DNA from: Eubacteriales bacterium
GTDB taxonomy: Bacteria > Bacillota > Clostridia > Christensenellales > Aristaeellaceae
Direction of reading: 5' to 3'
Assembly: GCA_031550535.1 (NCBI GenBank)
Contig: JAVBOM010000083.1
Span: 1,366 to 65,365 of the forward strand
DNA: 64,000 bases
The number at the start of each line of letters is the position of its first letter. Position 1 is the first letter of the stretch. The position numbers and the translations under genes were made by a program. Below are positions 47,247 to 55,721 of this stretch, piece after piece. The notes under the pieces are model-generated. The model saw only the letters and a program-made list of their open reading frames with translations, made no database searches and had not been told where the DNA came from.

Positions 47247-49085
47247 TCAGTCTACGGTGATTCCGGTCAGGCTCTTCCACGCCGCCCGGATGGCCTTCTG
47301 GTGCTGGACACCGTAGTTCGGGTCATTCTTGGAAACCTCGTCCATATCCCGCAGGAAGTGGATGCAGAGGTGGCCGTCAAAGTTGTTATTGGCGATGTTG
47401 CCGCTCAGGTGCGGGGTGTTGTGCATCGTCGCCAGCGTCCATGTACCGCTCGGGAGCTGCACCCATACAGTCTTGGGCGTCCACGTGGTCACGTTGCCGA
47501 ACGCCGCGTTCATGTAGAGTGTGTCCTCCGCCGTCAGCGGCTCGCTGTCAAAGTGCCGGCCCAGCGAAAGCGCCTTGATCTTGAAGCCATACCCGCTCAC
47601 GGGATCGTACACCTGCACAACGCTGTTGGACTTGAGCGACGGCTTCACGCTGTTGAACCAGTGCAGGAGCTTGACGGACGAAGCGGCCGGTCCCGCGATC
47701 TTCCCGGCGCCGCCGGAGCCGCTGCCCGAGCCGGACGGCGTTCCGCCCGACGAAACAGGGTTATCGCTGTACAGCGTGGTCAGCGTGCCGCTGCCCGCAA
47801 CGCCGTCGGACTTCAAGCCGTTCGCCTTCTGGAACGCGATGACGGCCGCCTTGGTCGCGGTGCCATAGAACCCCGTGGCACTGGCGGATAGGTATCCCAG
47901 CGTTTTCAGCTTCTTCTGCATCGTCGTCACGGCGGCGGACTTCATGCCTTCTTTCAGCGTCGCGTATGTCGTGGTTCCGCCCGCTGTGCCCGACGCATTC
48001 GGCTTTGCGTTGCTGCTGTACAGCATCATCTGCGTCGCCGATCCGGCTACGCCGTCGGCGGTCAGGTTGTGCGCCCGCTGGAAACCCTCCACCGCGATCT
48101 GCGTCTGCGACCCGTAGAACCCCGTCGCGTTCGCAGTCATGTACCCCAGATCCTTCAGCGACTGCTGCAGCGTCTTGACCGCGTTGCTCGTCATGCCGCG
48201 CTTCAGCGTCGTGTAATCCGCCGCGGTGCCCGATGTGGCCGATGGGGTGGCTGTGGCGGTGGTTCCGTCCGCGGCCTTCGCGCCGTTGGAGTAGAGCAGG
48301 TTCTGCGTCACCGTGCCCGCCTTGCCGTCCGATGTGAGGCTGGATTTTTTCTGAAAGTCAACGACCGCCTTCTGCGTTGCCGCGCCGAAAATGCCGTCCG
48401 CCTTGCCGGACAGGTAACCCAGCGCGATCAGACGCGACTGCAGCGATTGGACGTCGTTCCCCCGGTCGCCCAGGCGCAGCGTCTTGGTCGAAGGCGTCCC
48501 GGCCGTGGACGACGTGCCAGGCGTGGTGTCCGCCGTCGTTGTGCCCGCCGTGGACGTGGCGGTGGTGCCCGCGGCCGCGCCGGTCGCGGCAATCGCGGTG
48601 TTGGCGTACATGATCCGCTGCGTTTCGCCGCCCGCGATCCCGTCCGCCTTTATTTTGTTTGATTTCTGAAAGCTCTTGACGGCTTCCACCGTCGACACGC
48701 CGAATACGCCGTTCGCGCTGCCGGTCATGTAGCCCAGCTCGATCAGGCGCTTCTGCACTTCCGCCACATAGGGGTTCTCGTCCCCCTCCTTGAGCGGATA
48801 GTAGCCGCTATTGGTAAGCTCCATCAGGTACGATGTGCTTGCGTACCCCGTATGGCCCTTATAGGAGGTCTTTGTCCATCCGCCCGAGGAACCCAGCACA
48901 TCAAGCTCCGTGCCGCCCGGGATCGTCACCAGGGTGTCGCTCTTGGTATTCGCCTCTTTGCGCAGGCGGAGGTTGCACCGCGCCACACGCGTCTGCGCCG
49001 CCACAGCCGAGGACACCGGCCACGCCGACGCCACCATCATCGTCACCGCCAGCAAATACGCCCCGATGCGTTTCATCATACGCAT
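47247..49085 (-). CDS. secreted SH3b + 5x peptidoglycan-binding protein, paralog B (tandem duplicate)
   Basis: Collinear with 45185..47002 and identical at most positions. GGGGAGGG RBS. Confidence 0.75.
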   Translation of the reverse strand: MRMMKRIGAYLLAVTMMVASAWPVSSAVAAQTRVARCNLRLRKEANTKSDTLVTIPGGTELDVLGSSGGWTKTSYKGHTGYASTSYLMELTNSGYYPLKEGDENPYVAEVQKRLIELGYMTGSANGVFGVSTVEAVKSFQKSNKIKADGIAGGETQRIMYANTAIAATGAAAGTTATSTAGTTTADTTPGTSSTAGTPSTKTLRLGDRGNDVQSLQSRLIALGYLSGKADGIFGAATQKAVVDFQKKSSLTSDGKAGTVTQNLLYSNGAKAADGTTATATPSATSGTAADYTTLKRGMTSNAVKTLQQSLKDLGYMTANATGFYGSQTQIAVEGFQRAHNLTADGVAGSATQMMLYSSNAKPNASGTAGGTTTYATLKEGMKSAAVTTMQKKLKTLGYLSASATGFYGTATKAAVIAFQKANGLKSDGVAGSGTLTTLYSDNPVSSGGTPSGSGSGSGGAGKIAGPAASSVKLLHWFNSVKPSLKSNSVVQVYDPVSGYGFKIKALSLGRHFDSEPLTAEDTLYMNAAFGNVTTWTPKTVWVQLPSGTWTLATMHNTPHLSGNIANNNFDGHLCIHFLRDMDEVSKNDPNYGVQHQKAIRAAWKSLTGITVD

Positions 49086-49240
49086 ATGAATAGCCCTCCC
49101 CGTTTTGGGATAGTGCCATTATAGTATCACCTGTGTCGAATGTCAAGCAGTTTTGTAATATTTTCTTCATGAATTCGTTATTTTATCGACTTGCATAGGT
49201 CCACAAATGTAATATATGGAAGGATCGCCTTCACACGTGC

Positions 49241-49441
49241 CTACTGCGCGTTTGCCTTGCGTCTCATGGTGGGATCCGGGTACGCGTTCACTTGACCAAA
49301 CGCGCCTTCGCGCTGAGCAATAGCAATCAACCGGTCGAGCCGCCTGCTGATCTCCAATGCGCTCTCCTTGTCGCCCCGCGCATACTTATTTTCGAGCTGC
49401 TGACGCAGCTCCTCCATGCGCATGTCAAGATTTGTCATCAT
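49241..49441 (-). CDS. Spo0E-family aspartyl-phosphate phosphatase-like protein
   Basis: Small helical protein. EISRRLDRLI resembles the SQELDxLI Spo0E motif. AGGAGGAGA lies directly upstream of the ATGATG. Confidence 0.5.
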   Translation of the reverse strand: MMTNLDMRMEELRQQLENKYARGDKESALEISRRLDRLIAIAQREGAFGQVNAYPDPTMRRKANAQ

Positions 49442-49744
49442 TCTCCTCCTTTCGCACTTTCTCATCAGCATCATACAAAATTAACAGATATTACGCAAGG
49501 GGGAAAGAATGTCGAAGGGTGTCGAAACAGGACAAATGGCCGTAACTTACTAAAAATAGTATAAAATGTCAAAACGAACGCACAGGTGGGAATACAAACC
49601 AGTCCTCACTCGTCTTATCTAGGAGGCTGTGCGGATAAGCCAGCCTTTTTTGACTCAAACTGCATGGAGAAATGGCCGGGGACCGGAAGCAAGATTTCTT
49701 TTCCCAGAAGATGCAAGAAACGGAAAGGTTATCGCGTTTCAATA

Positions 49745-50275
49745 ATGGAGAGCAAAGGCGGTGTGGCCGGAATGTCCAACGCACCCGAGGCGGAAGACCT
49801 CTTCGAACGGCTGTACAGCCTGTATGCCGACGATGTGCTTCGGGTTTCCTATTTCTACCTGGGCGACCGTCAAAAGGCGGAAGATGTTTGTCAGGACGTT
49901 TTCCTGCGCCTGCTCACACGAGCGCCAGAAATTCAGCCCGGCCACGAAAAAGCGTGGCTGCTGAAAGTCGCGCTCAACCGTTGCCGCGATCTTTGGCGCG
50001 CGGCCTGGGTAAAACGGGTGGTTCTGGGGTCCCCGTTTGACTGCATCCCCGCGCCGGACGATATCGACTTCCGCACCGAGAAGGCGGACCTGATGGAGGC
50101 TGTCTCCAAATTGTCCCCCTCTTTTAAGGAAGTCATCCTGCTTCATTATTATCAGGGGTTTGGCATCGCGGAAATCGCCGCCATGCTGGATCTTCCTGAG
50201 GGCACCATATCCAGCCGGCTTTCCCGGGCGAGGAAAAAGCTGGAAAGCATCTTGAAGGGAGGTGAGAATCCATGA
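49745..50275 (+). CDS. ECF-type RNA polymerase sigma factor
   Basis: Region 2 (DVCQDVFLRLL, WLLKVALNRCRD) and region 4 (FKEVILLHYYQGFGIAEIAAMLDLPEGTISSRLSRARKKL). Confidence 0.8.
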   Translation: MESKGGVAGMSNAPEAEDLFERLYSLYADDVLRVSYFYLGDRQKAEDVCQDVFLRLLTRAPEIQPGHEKAWLLKVALNRCRDLWRAAWVKRVVLGSPFDCIPAPDDIDFRTEKADLMEAVSKLSPSFKEVILLHYYQGFGIAEIAAMLDLPEGTISSRLSRARKKLESILKGGENP

Positions 50276-51351
50276 TCGACGCGGAAATGCTGCGCCCGAC
50301 CGCGGACGAAATGCTCAGCGGGCTGACGGCGGGCGACGCCATGCGCAACCGCCTCAGGTTTCAGGCGGAGGCGGTGGATAAACTGCCGGAGATCGCGGCG
50401 GAAATGCTGGGCGGGCTGCGCGCCACCCCGGCGCTGCGCCATCGGATTCTCCTAGCGGCCGCACGCAAACAGGAAGCGCTCGTGGTATCCATTCGTCCCA
50501 CTCCGTCACAGCGGCGCCCCGCGCTGCTTCGGTATCTGCCCGCCGCCAGCATGGCGCTGGTGCTCACGGTGATGATTGGGCTTGGGCTTAACTATGGACG
50601 CCAGCCGTCGCCGGTCCCCGGCACTGCCGGCATCAACAGCGGCATGTCGACCTACCAGGCCGGCCAGACGGCAGCCACGGGCACGCCGGAATACCGCCCG
50701 CTGTTTGCGGGAACCAACGCGGCCAATCCCCCGCTCATCTGTGTCAACGGGCGTTATTACCGCATGCTGACAACCCCCGCGCCGCTGCCGGACACGCTGC
50801 GGGGCACCACCATGGCGCAAGTGCAGACCTTTACCGACGAGCCTTCGCTCGCGGGATCCGTCGGCGTTGTGTCCAATGTGGCGCAGGTTGGCGCGACGGT
50901 GTACGCGGTCGACGGACTCTCCCAGAAGACGGCCTGCGCGGCCGAGGTGGACGGCGTTCTGCGCCTGTTCCAGCGGGTGGGATACGCATCCGAGACGATC
51001 GTCGGCAACGAAATGTTTGAGGATACGCTGGACGTGGGCGGCCAGGTCGCGATGCTGGAGCTTTCCGGCGTGGGCGTGATCCGGAATGAAGCCTACGCGA
51101 ACGAGTTGATCTATATGCTGTCCGAGTTTGCCGTCTACCACAGCAGTGAGATCGCCGAGGGCGATACGGCGCTGACCATCTACCTGAAGAACGGCCTGTC
51201 GCTGCAGCTATTGGTGCAGGACGATGTGCTGGGCGGATGCGGCGCGTGGGCTTGCCCGGAGTTCTTCGATTACTTCGACGAGCTGCTGCTGAAGCAGGAG
51301 AGCGAAGCCGCAAAGACCTCGGAACTTCCGGAAGAGATGCCGGCGGCCTAA
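50272..51351 (+). CDS. putative single-pass anti-sigma factor
   Basis: ATGA overlap with the sigma gene. One TM helix (AASMALVLTVMIGLGL) and a C-terminal extracytoplasmic domain of about 230 aa with no recognisable motif. Confidence 0.5.
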   Translation: MIDAEMLRPTADEMLSGLTAGDAMRNRLRFQAEAVDKLPEIAAEMLGGLRATPALRHRILLAAARKQEALVVSIRPTPSQRRPALLRYLPAASMALVLTVMIGLGLNYGRQPSPVPGTAGINSGMSTYQAGQTAATGTPEYRPLFAGTNAANPPLICVNGRYYRMLTTPAPLPDTLRGTTMAQVQTFTDEPSLAGSVGVVSNVAQVGATVYAVDGLSQKTACAAEVDGVLRLFQRVGYASETIVGNEMFEDTLDVGGQVAMLELSGVGVIRNEAYANELIYMLSEFAVYHSSEIAEGDTALTIYLKNGLSLQLLVQDDVLGGCGAWACPEFFDYFDELLLKQESEAAKTSELPEEMPAA

Positions 51352-51403
51352 CGCCTTGGACTTAACAAAGCGATAAGCGTACTAAAGAACCCCCCTAGAC
51401 GGG

Positions 51404-51432
51404 CCCCGCCTCTCCCCAGGCGGGGTTTTTGT
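51404..51432 (+). terminator. rho-independent terminator
   Basis: CCCCGCC-tctcccca-GGCGGGG followed by TTTTTGTG. Confidence 0.75.
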
Positions 51433-51593
51433 GTGTTGATTTGTTTGGCTTTGAGGACTGTTTATTGGGAGTATGCCGGGAGTAGAATGCAGTATTGCCT
51501 CCGCAAAAAAATCTCCGTCTCCCCCTTTACATAGTGCCGGCAGCAACTTATGCTTATGATAAGCGGGCACATACGCTCTTCGGGAGGTGCCGC

Positions 51594-52064
51594 ATGGATT
51601 TGGAAGCACGGCGCAAGAAGCGCAACTTCATCCTCTTTGGCGTTGTCGTTTATCTTTGCTGTATGGCGGTCGTCTCGAACCTTCTTCCGTCCGGAGATCG
51701 ATTGTCCGATGCGTACCTTGCCCGCATGATCGCGGCCACTCAGGCGCGGGACACTGCCGCCGCGTACGCGCTATTTGCGGATGGCGTGACGGATACAGCC
51801 GCACTATCGGACATGTTGCGTCGATACGCGGAAATATGGCCATATGGGGCGTATACGATTGCGTATCGCGGGTTGACGTGGGTCTTTGCGCCGGAAAAGT
51901 CCTATGGGAAGTGGTCGAGATCTCTTGAGGCAAACTACATACTCATGACTTGGCACGCAAGGATACGAAAGCAGGCATCCGTACAACTGAGGCGCTTGCG
52001 GGGCGAGCAAACGGACGGCGCGCTCCTTTCCTTTCAAATGGCCGGGGAGGAAACGGCGCAATAG
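51594..52064 (+). CDS. hypothetical membrane-anchored protein
   Basis: ATG 51594 follows GGGAGGTG. N-terminal TM helix NFILFGVVVYLCCMAVVSNLL. Confidence 0.5.
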   Translation: MDLEARRKKRNFILFGVVVYLCCMAVVSNLLPSGDRLSDAYLARMIAATQARDTAAAYALFADGVTDTAALSDMLRRYAEIWPYGAYTIAYRGLTWVFAPEKSYGKWSRSLEANYILMTWHARIRKQASVQLRRLRGEQTDGALLSFQMAGEETAQ

Positions 52065-52172
52065 CCGTCCCCCCCCCCGTCGTCCTCGTTGACATTTATC
52101 CCCAATGACAGTACAATGGAACACACAAATGCGCGCGCGGCCGCGCCGGGCGCGCACAAGGGGGAATATATA

Positions 52173-52622
52173 ATGAAGGTAATCCTGCTACAGGATGTGA
52201 AGGGAACCGGCAAAAAGGAGCAGATCGTCGAGGTCTCCGACGGCTACGCGCGCAACTTCCTGCTGCCGCGCAAGCTCGCGGCGGAAGCGACCAGCACGGC
52301 GATGAACGCCGTCCGCCGGGCCAAGTCCGCAGAGGATCACCGCGAGAGCCAGCGCCGCCAGGAGGCGGTGGAAACGGCCGAACGCCTTCGCCGCAAGGAG
52401 ATCCACCTCACCGCGCGCGCCGGCGAAAAGGGCCGTCTCTACGGCTCCATCACCGGCCAGGAAGTGGCCGACGCGCTGGAAACCCAGCACGGCATCAAGG
52501 TGGAGAAGCGCCGCGTGGAGCTTGCCGAGCCGATCCGCGCCGTGGGCGACTATGAAATCTCCGTATGGCTGTACGCGGGCGTTACCACGCCCATGCGCGT
52601 CGTGGTCACGGCGGACGCGTAA
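52173..52622 (+). CDS. rplI: 50S ribosomal protein L9
   Basis: MKVILLQDVKGTGKKEQIVEVSDGYARNFLLPRKLA. Confidence 0.95.
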   Translation: MKVILLQDVKGTGKKEQIVEVSDGYARNFLLPRKLAAEATSTAMNAVRRAKSAEDHRESQRRQEAVETAERLRRKEIHLTARAGEKGRLYGSITGQEVADALETQHGIKVEKRRVELAEPIRAVGDYEISVWLYAGVTTPMRVVVTADA

Positions 52623-53947
52623 TGCAGTCCGCCCCCCTCCCCCCCACCAACCAGGACGCCGAGCGCAGTGTGCTCGGCGCCATGCTGCAGGACCCTGAGG
52701 CCGTACTGCTCGCGCAGGAATTGCTGGCGGCGGAGGCCTTTTATCAGCCTGCCCACCGGGAAGTGTTCGACGCGATGATCGGCCTCGCGCGCCTGGGCAA
52801 GCCGGTCGACCTGATTACCGTGGACGAGGAACTGTCGCGGCGTGGCACGCTGGAAGGTATCGGCGGCACGGAATACCTCGTGCAGCTCACCCAATACGTG
52901 CCCACGACCGCCAACGTCCGCGCCTACATCGAAATCGTCGACGAGAAGCACACGCTCCGCCAACTGATCGACTGCGCGAACGGCATCCTCCGCGAGAGCT
53001 ACTCGCAGGACAAGCAGCTCGGCGAGCTACTCGGCCAGGCGGAAAAGGGCGTTTTTGACATCTCTATGCGCAAAAGCGGCGCGGACACCCTCGTGCACAT
53101 CCGCGACGTGCTCACGCAAACATACGCGCGCATTGAGGCGCTCTCCAAGCTGAAGGGCGCGATTGACGGCGTCGCGACCGGCTTTTCGGACCTGGACCGT
53201 TTGCTGACCGGCCTGCACGGTGGCGAGCTCGTGCTCGTCGGCGCGCGGCCGTCCATGGGCAAGACCGCCTTCGCCATCAACGTGGCGCAGACGGCCGCCC
53301 TTCGCGGCGGCAAGACGGTGGCCGTGTTTTCCCTGGAAATGCCGCGCGAGCAGATCGCCATGCGCATGCTGTGCACGGCGGCTAAGGTGGACATGCAGGC
53401 CGTTCGCCACGGCACCATCACGGACGACGACTGGATGAGCCTCACGACCGCGCTGGGCCCGCTTGCCGCGTCCAGCATGTACCTGGACGACACGCCGGGC
53501 ATCACCCCGTCCCAGCTTCGCTCCCGCTGCCGCCGCCTGATGGCGGAACGCGGGCTGGATATGATCGTCGTGGACTATTTGCAACTCATGGGCGCGGACC
53601 GGCGCAGCGACAACCGGCAGGTGGAGGTCGCGGAGCTGTCCCGCCAGCTAAAGGGCATCGCGCTGGAGCTGCACATTCCGCTGGTCGCCTGCGCGCAGCT
53701 TTCACGGGCCAACGCGCAGCGTTCGGACAAGCGCCCCATCCTCAGCGACTTGCGCGAATCCGGCTCCATTGAGCAGGACGCGGATGTCGTGATGTTCCTC
53801 CACCGCGAGGAATACTACAATCCGGACACGCCCGACAAAAACATCGCGGAGATCATCGTGCAAAAACAGCGGAACGGCCCGCTCGGCACGGTGAAGCTCG
53901 CGTGGCTCGGGCAATACACCGAGTTTCGCAACCTTTCCCCCGGGTAA
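52622..53947 (+). CDS. dnaB: replicative DNA helicase DnaB
   Basis: ERSVLGAML N-terminal domain, Walker A GARPSMGKTAF, and SLEM, QLSR, SGSIEQDADVV motifs. TAATG overlap with rplI. Confidence 0.95.
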   Translation: MQSAPLPPTNQDAERSVLGAMLQDPEAVLLAQELLAAEAFYQPAHREVFDAMIGLARLGKPVDLITVDEELSRRGTLEGIGGTEYLVQLTQYVPTTANVRAYIEIVDEKHTLRQLIDCANGILRESYSQDKQLGELLGQAEKGVFDISMRKSGADTLVHIRDVLTQTYARIEALSKLKGAIDGVATGFSDLDRLLTGLHGGELVLVGARPSMGKTAFAINVAQTAALRGGKTVAVFSLEMPREQIAMRMLCTAAKVDMQAVRHGTITDDDWMSLTTALGPLAASSMYLDDTPGITPSQLRSRCRRLMAERGLDMIVVDYLQLMGADRRSDNRQVEVAELSRQLKGIALELHIPLVACAQLSRANAQRSDKRPILSDLRESGSIEQDADVVMFLHREEYYNPDTPDKNIAEIIVQKQRNGPLGTVKLAWLGQYTEFRNLSPG

Positions 53948-54056
53948 ATTTCCACTCTTACCACTGTATATAGACCTTTCCCGCGCGGGTGTGGTATATA
54001 TTTGGTACTGGTCTTTTTGCAAAAAATCCTATATACTGTTGCTATGGTGAAATTCC

Positions 54057-54118
54057 GAGGTAGGGATTTCTGGCGAAATCCCCTTATGGCGCTCGATTTT
54101 TCAAATCTGCGCCGCCAT
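54057..54118 (+). repeat. R63 repeat copy overlapping the putative start of the caspase-like gene
   Basis: gaggtagggatttctggcgaaatccccttatggcgctcgatttttcaaatctgcgccgccat. Confidence 0.9.
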
Positions 54119-55633
54119 TGTGGTACTTTTTATCGCGCGCTTGTCGCGGCATTGATGATAATCAGCCTCTCCATCCCGGCGTCCGCCACCGACGCGCAGA
54201 CGCCTTCTTGTCGTGCGCTTCTTGTCGCCTGTGATCAGTTTGTCACCGCGATGGAAACAACGCCGATCGGCCGCAACAACCTGAGCCTGATGGAGGCGGC
54301 GCTGGAGCGGGATACGCGCGGCTTTACCATCTATCGCCAGTACGGCATCACCTCCAGCAAGGAGGCGCTGCGGCAGGCGATCCTCTGGGCTTTTGGCGAC
54401 GCCAAGGAGGGCGATATATCGCTGCTCTACCTGTGCACGCACGGCGAGTTTTACGCGTCCATGAACAATCCGGAGGGCGTGCTGCTGCTCTCGGATGGCG
54501 CGCTGGAGGATCAGATCAACGCGCAGGAGCTCAACGCGATGCTGGACGAGATCAAGGGCACCAAGGTCCTGCTGGTGGACGCGTGCAACTCCGGCGCGCT
54601 CATCGGCAAGGGGGTCTCCCCGGACATCGGGGCCGCGCGTGTCATGCGGATGTTCCAGTCCGGCGATTACAAAATCCTCACGTCATCCGGCGCGAGCGAG
54701 CCCTCGTGGTACTGGCAATCTTCCATCGACGAGGCCCCGCCCGGCAGCTCCTATTTTACCACCACGCTGGCGATGGGTGCGGGGCACCTGGGCGAGTTTG
54801 CCGCCGACGCCAACCGGGACGGCACCATCACCATGAAGGAAATGTATGATTACCTCTGGGTGAGCCAGGCGAGTTCCGCCGCGCAGATGTATCCCCAGGA
54901 GGATAACTTCCCGCTGTTCGTCTACGACCGCGCGCAAAAGGGGCAGGACAAGCGCGGCGAGCTGAACGGGTTTGTTTTCCAAGACACGTGGCTGGATCCC
55001 GAGAACCCCTTGCTGACATTCCAATACACGGCGCGCAAGTCCACGCGCGTGGCATACCAGATTACCTACCTGCGCAACGGCCAATGGGATTGGAACAACA
55101 GCGTCACGCTGCCGGATGTGACGGAGTTTGACGGGGACATGGACCCGATGGGCGACATCGGCCCCGGCCGCAAGCGAATCACGCTGGACCTCGCGGAGCA
55201 CTTGCCCGAGGGGTGGACATACGCGATGATCCACGTGATGACGCTGGGCGACAAGAACTCCGATCGCTTGCCGTTCGTCTACGCCAGCCGCGTGCTGGCC
55301 GCGAAGCCCTCGGCGGGCGACCCGAAGCTGTCCGTGGATGTCGCGTCCAACTGGGCGCGCAAGCACAAGCCGGAGCTGGATGTGTTCGTCGAGCATGCGC
55401 TGCCGTGCAACCTGACCGTGACCATCCGCGACGAGGAAGGCCGCGTGGTGCGCCACCTGTGCATCAGCAAGCCGACGCGGCCGCAGTCCCTGATCCCGTC
55501 CGGGAGCCAGTTCTACTGGAACGGCCAGGGAAAGGGCGGCATCCCCGTCCCGCCGGGCAAATACCAGGTGGTGGCGACCGCGCGGATCGGCGATATGCCG
55601 TATGAGGCGTCCACCTGGGTGACGGTGGAGTAA
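54086..55633 (+). CDS. secreted caspase-family (peptidase C14) protein with a C-terminal FlgD-Ig-like domain; start codon uncertain
   Basis: His-Cys dyad context YLCTHGE and LLVDACNSGALIG. DANRDGTITMKEMYDYL calcium-loop-like motif. C-terminal FYWNGQGKGGIPVPPGKYQV. The only in-frame ATG giving a signal peptide (MALDFSNLRRHCGTFYRALVAALMIISLSIPASA) lies inside the R63 copy and has no clear RBS. Confidence 0.7.
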   Translation: MALDFSNLRRHCGTFYRALVAALMIISLSIPASATDAQTPSCRALLVACDQFVTAMETTPIGRNNLSLMEAALERDTRGFTIYRQYGITSSKEALRQAILWAFGDAKEGDISLLYLCTHGEFYASMNNPEGVLLLSDGALEDQINAQELNAMLDEIKGTKVLLVDACNSGALIGKGVSPDIGAARVMRMFQSGDYKILTSSGASEPSWYWQSSIDEAPPGSSYFTTTLAMGAGHLGEFAADANRDGTITMKEMYDYLWVSQASSAAQMYPQEDNFPLFVYDRAQKGQDKRGELNGFVFQDTWLDPENPLLTFQYTARKSTRVAYQITYLRNGQWDWNNSVTLPDVTEFDGDMDPMGDIGPGRKRITLDLAEHLPEGWTYAMIHVMTLGDKNSDRLPFVYASRVLAAKPSAGDPKLSVDVASNWARKHKPELDVFVEHALPCNLTVTIRDEEGRVVRHLCISKPTRPQSLIPSGSQFYWNGQGKGGIPVPPGKYQVVATARIGDMPYEASTWVTVE

Positions 55634-55663
55634 AAGGGGATCCTGCGCTTTACGTACAATAGA

Positions 55664-55691
55664 GGGCCGCGCTTCTTTTGCGCGGCCCTTT
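55664..55691 (+). terminator. rho-independent terminator
   Basis: GGGCCGCGC-ttctttt-GCGCGGCCC followed by TTTCGC. Confidence 0.65.
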
Positions 55692-55721
55692 CGCATACCT
55701 TCCACCGAGGAGGCGATGCGC

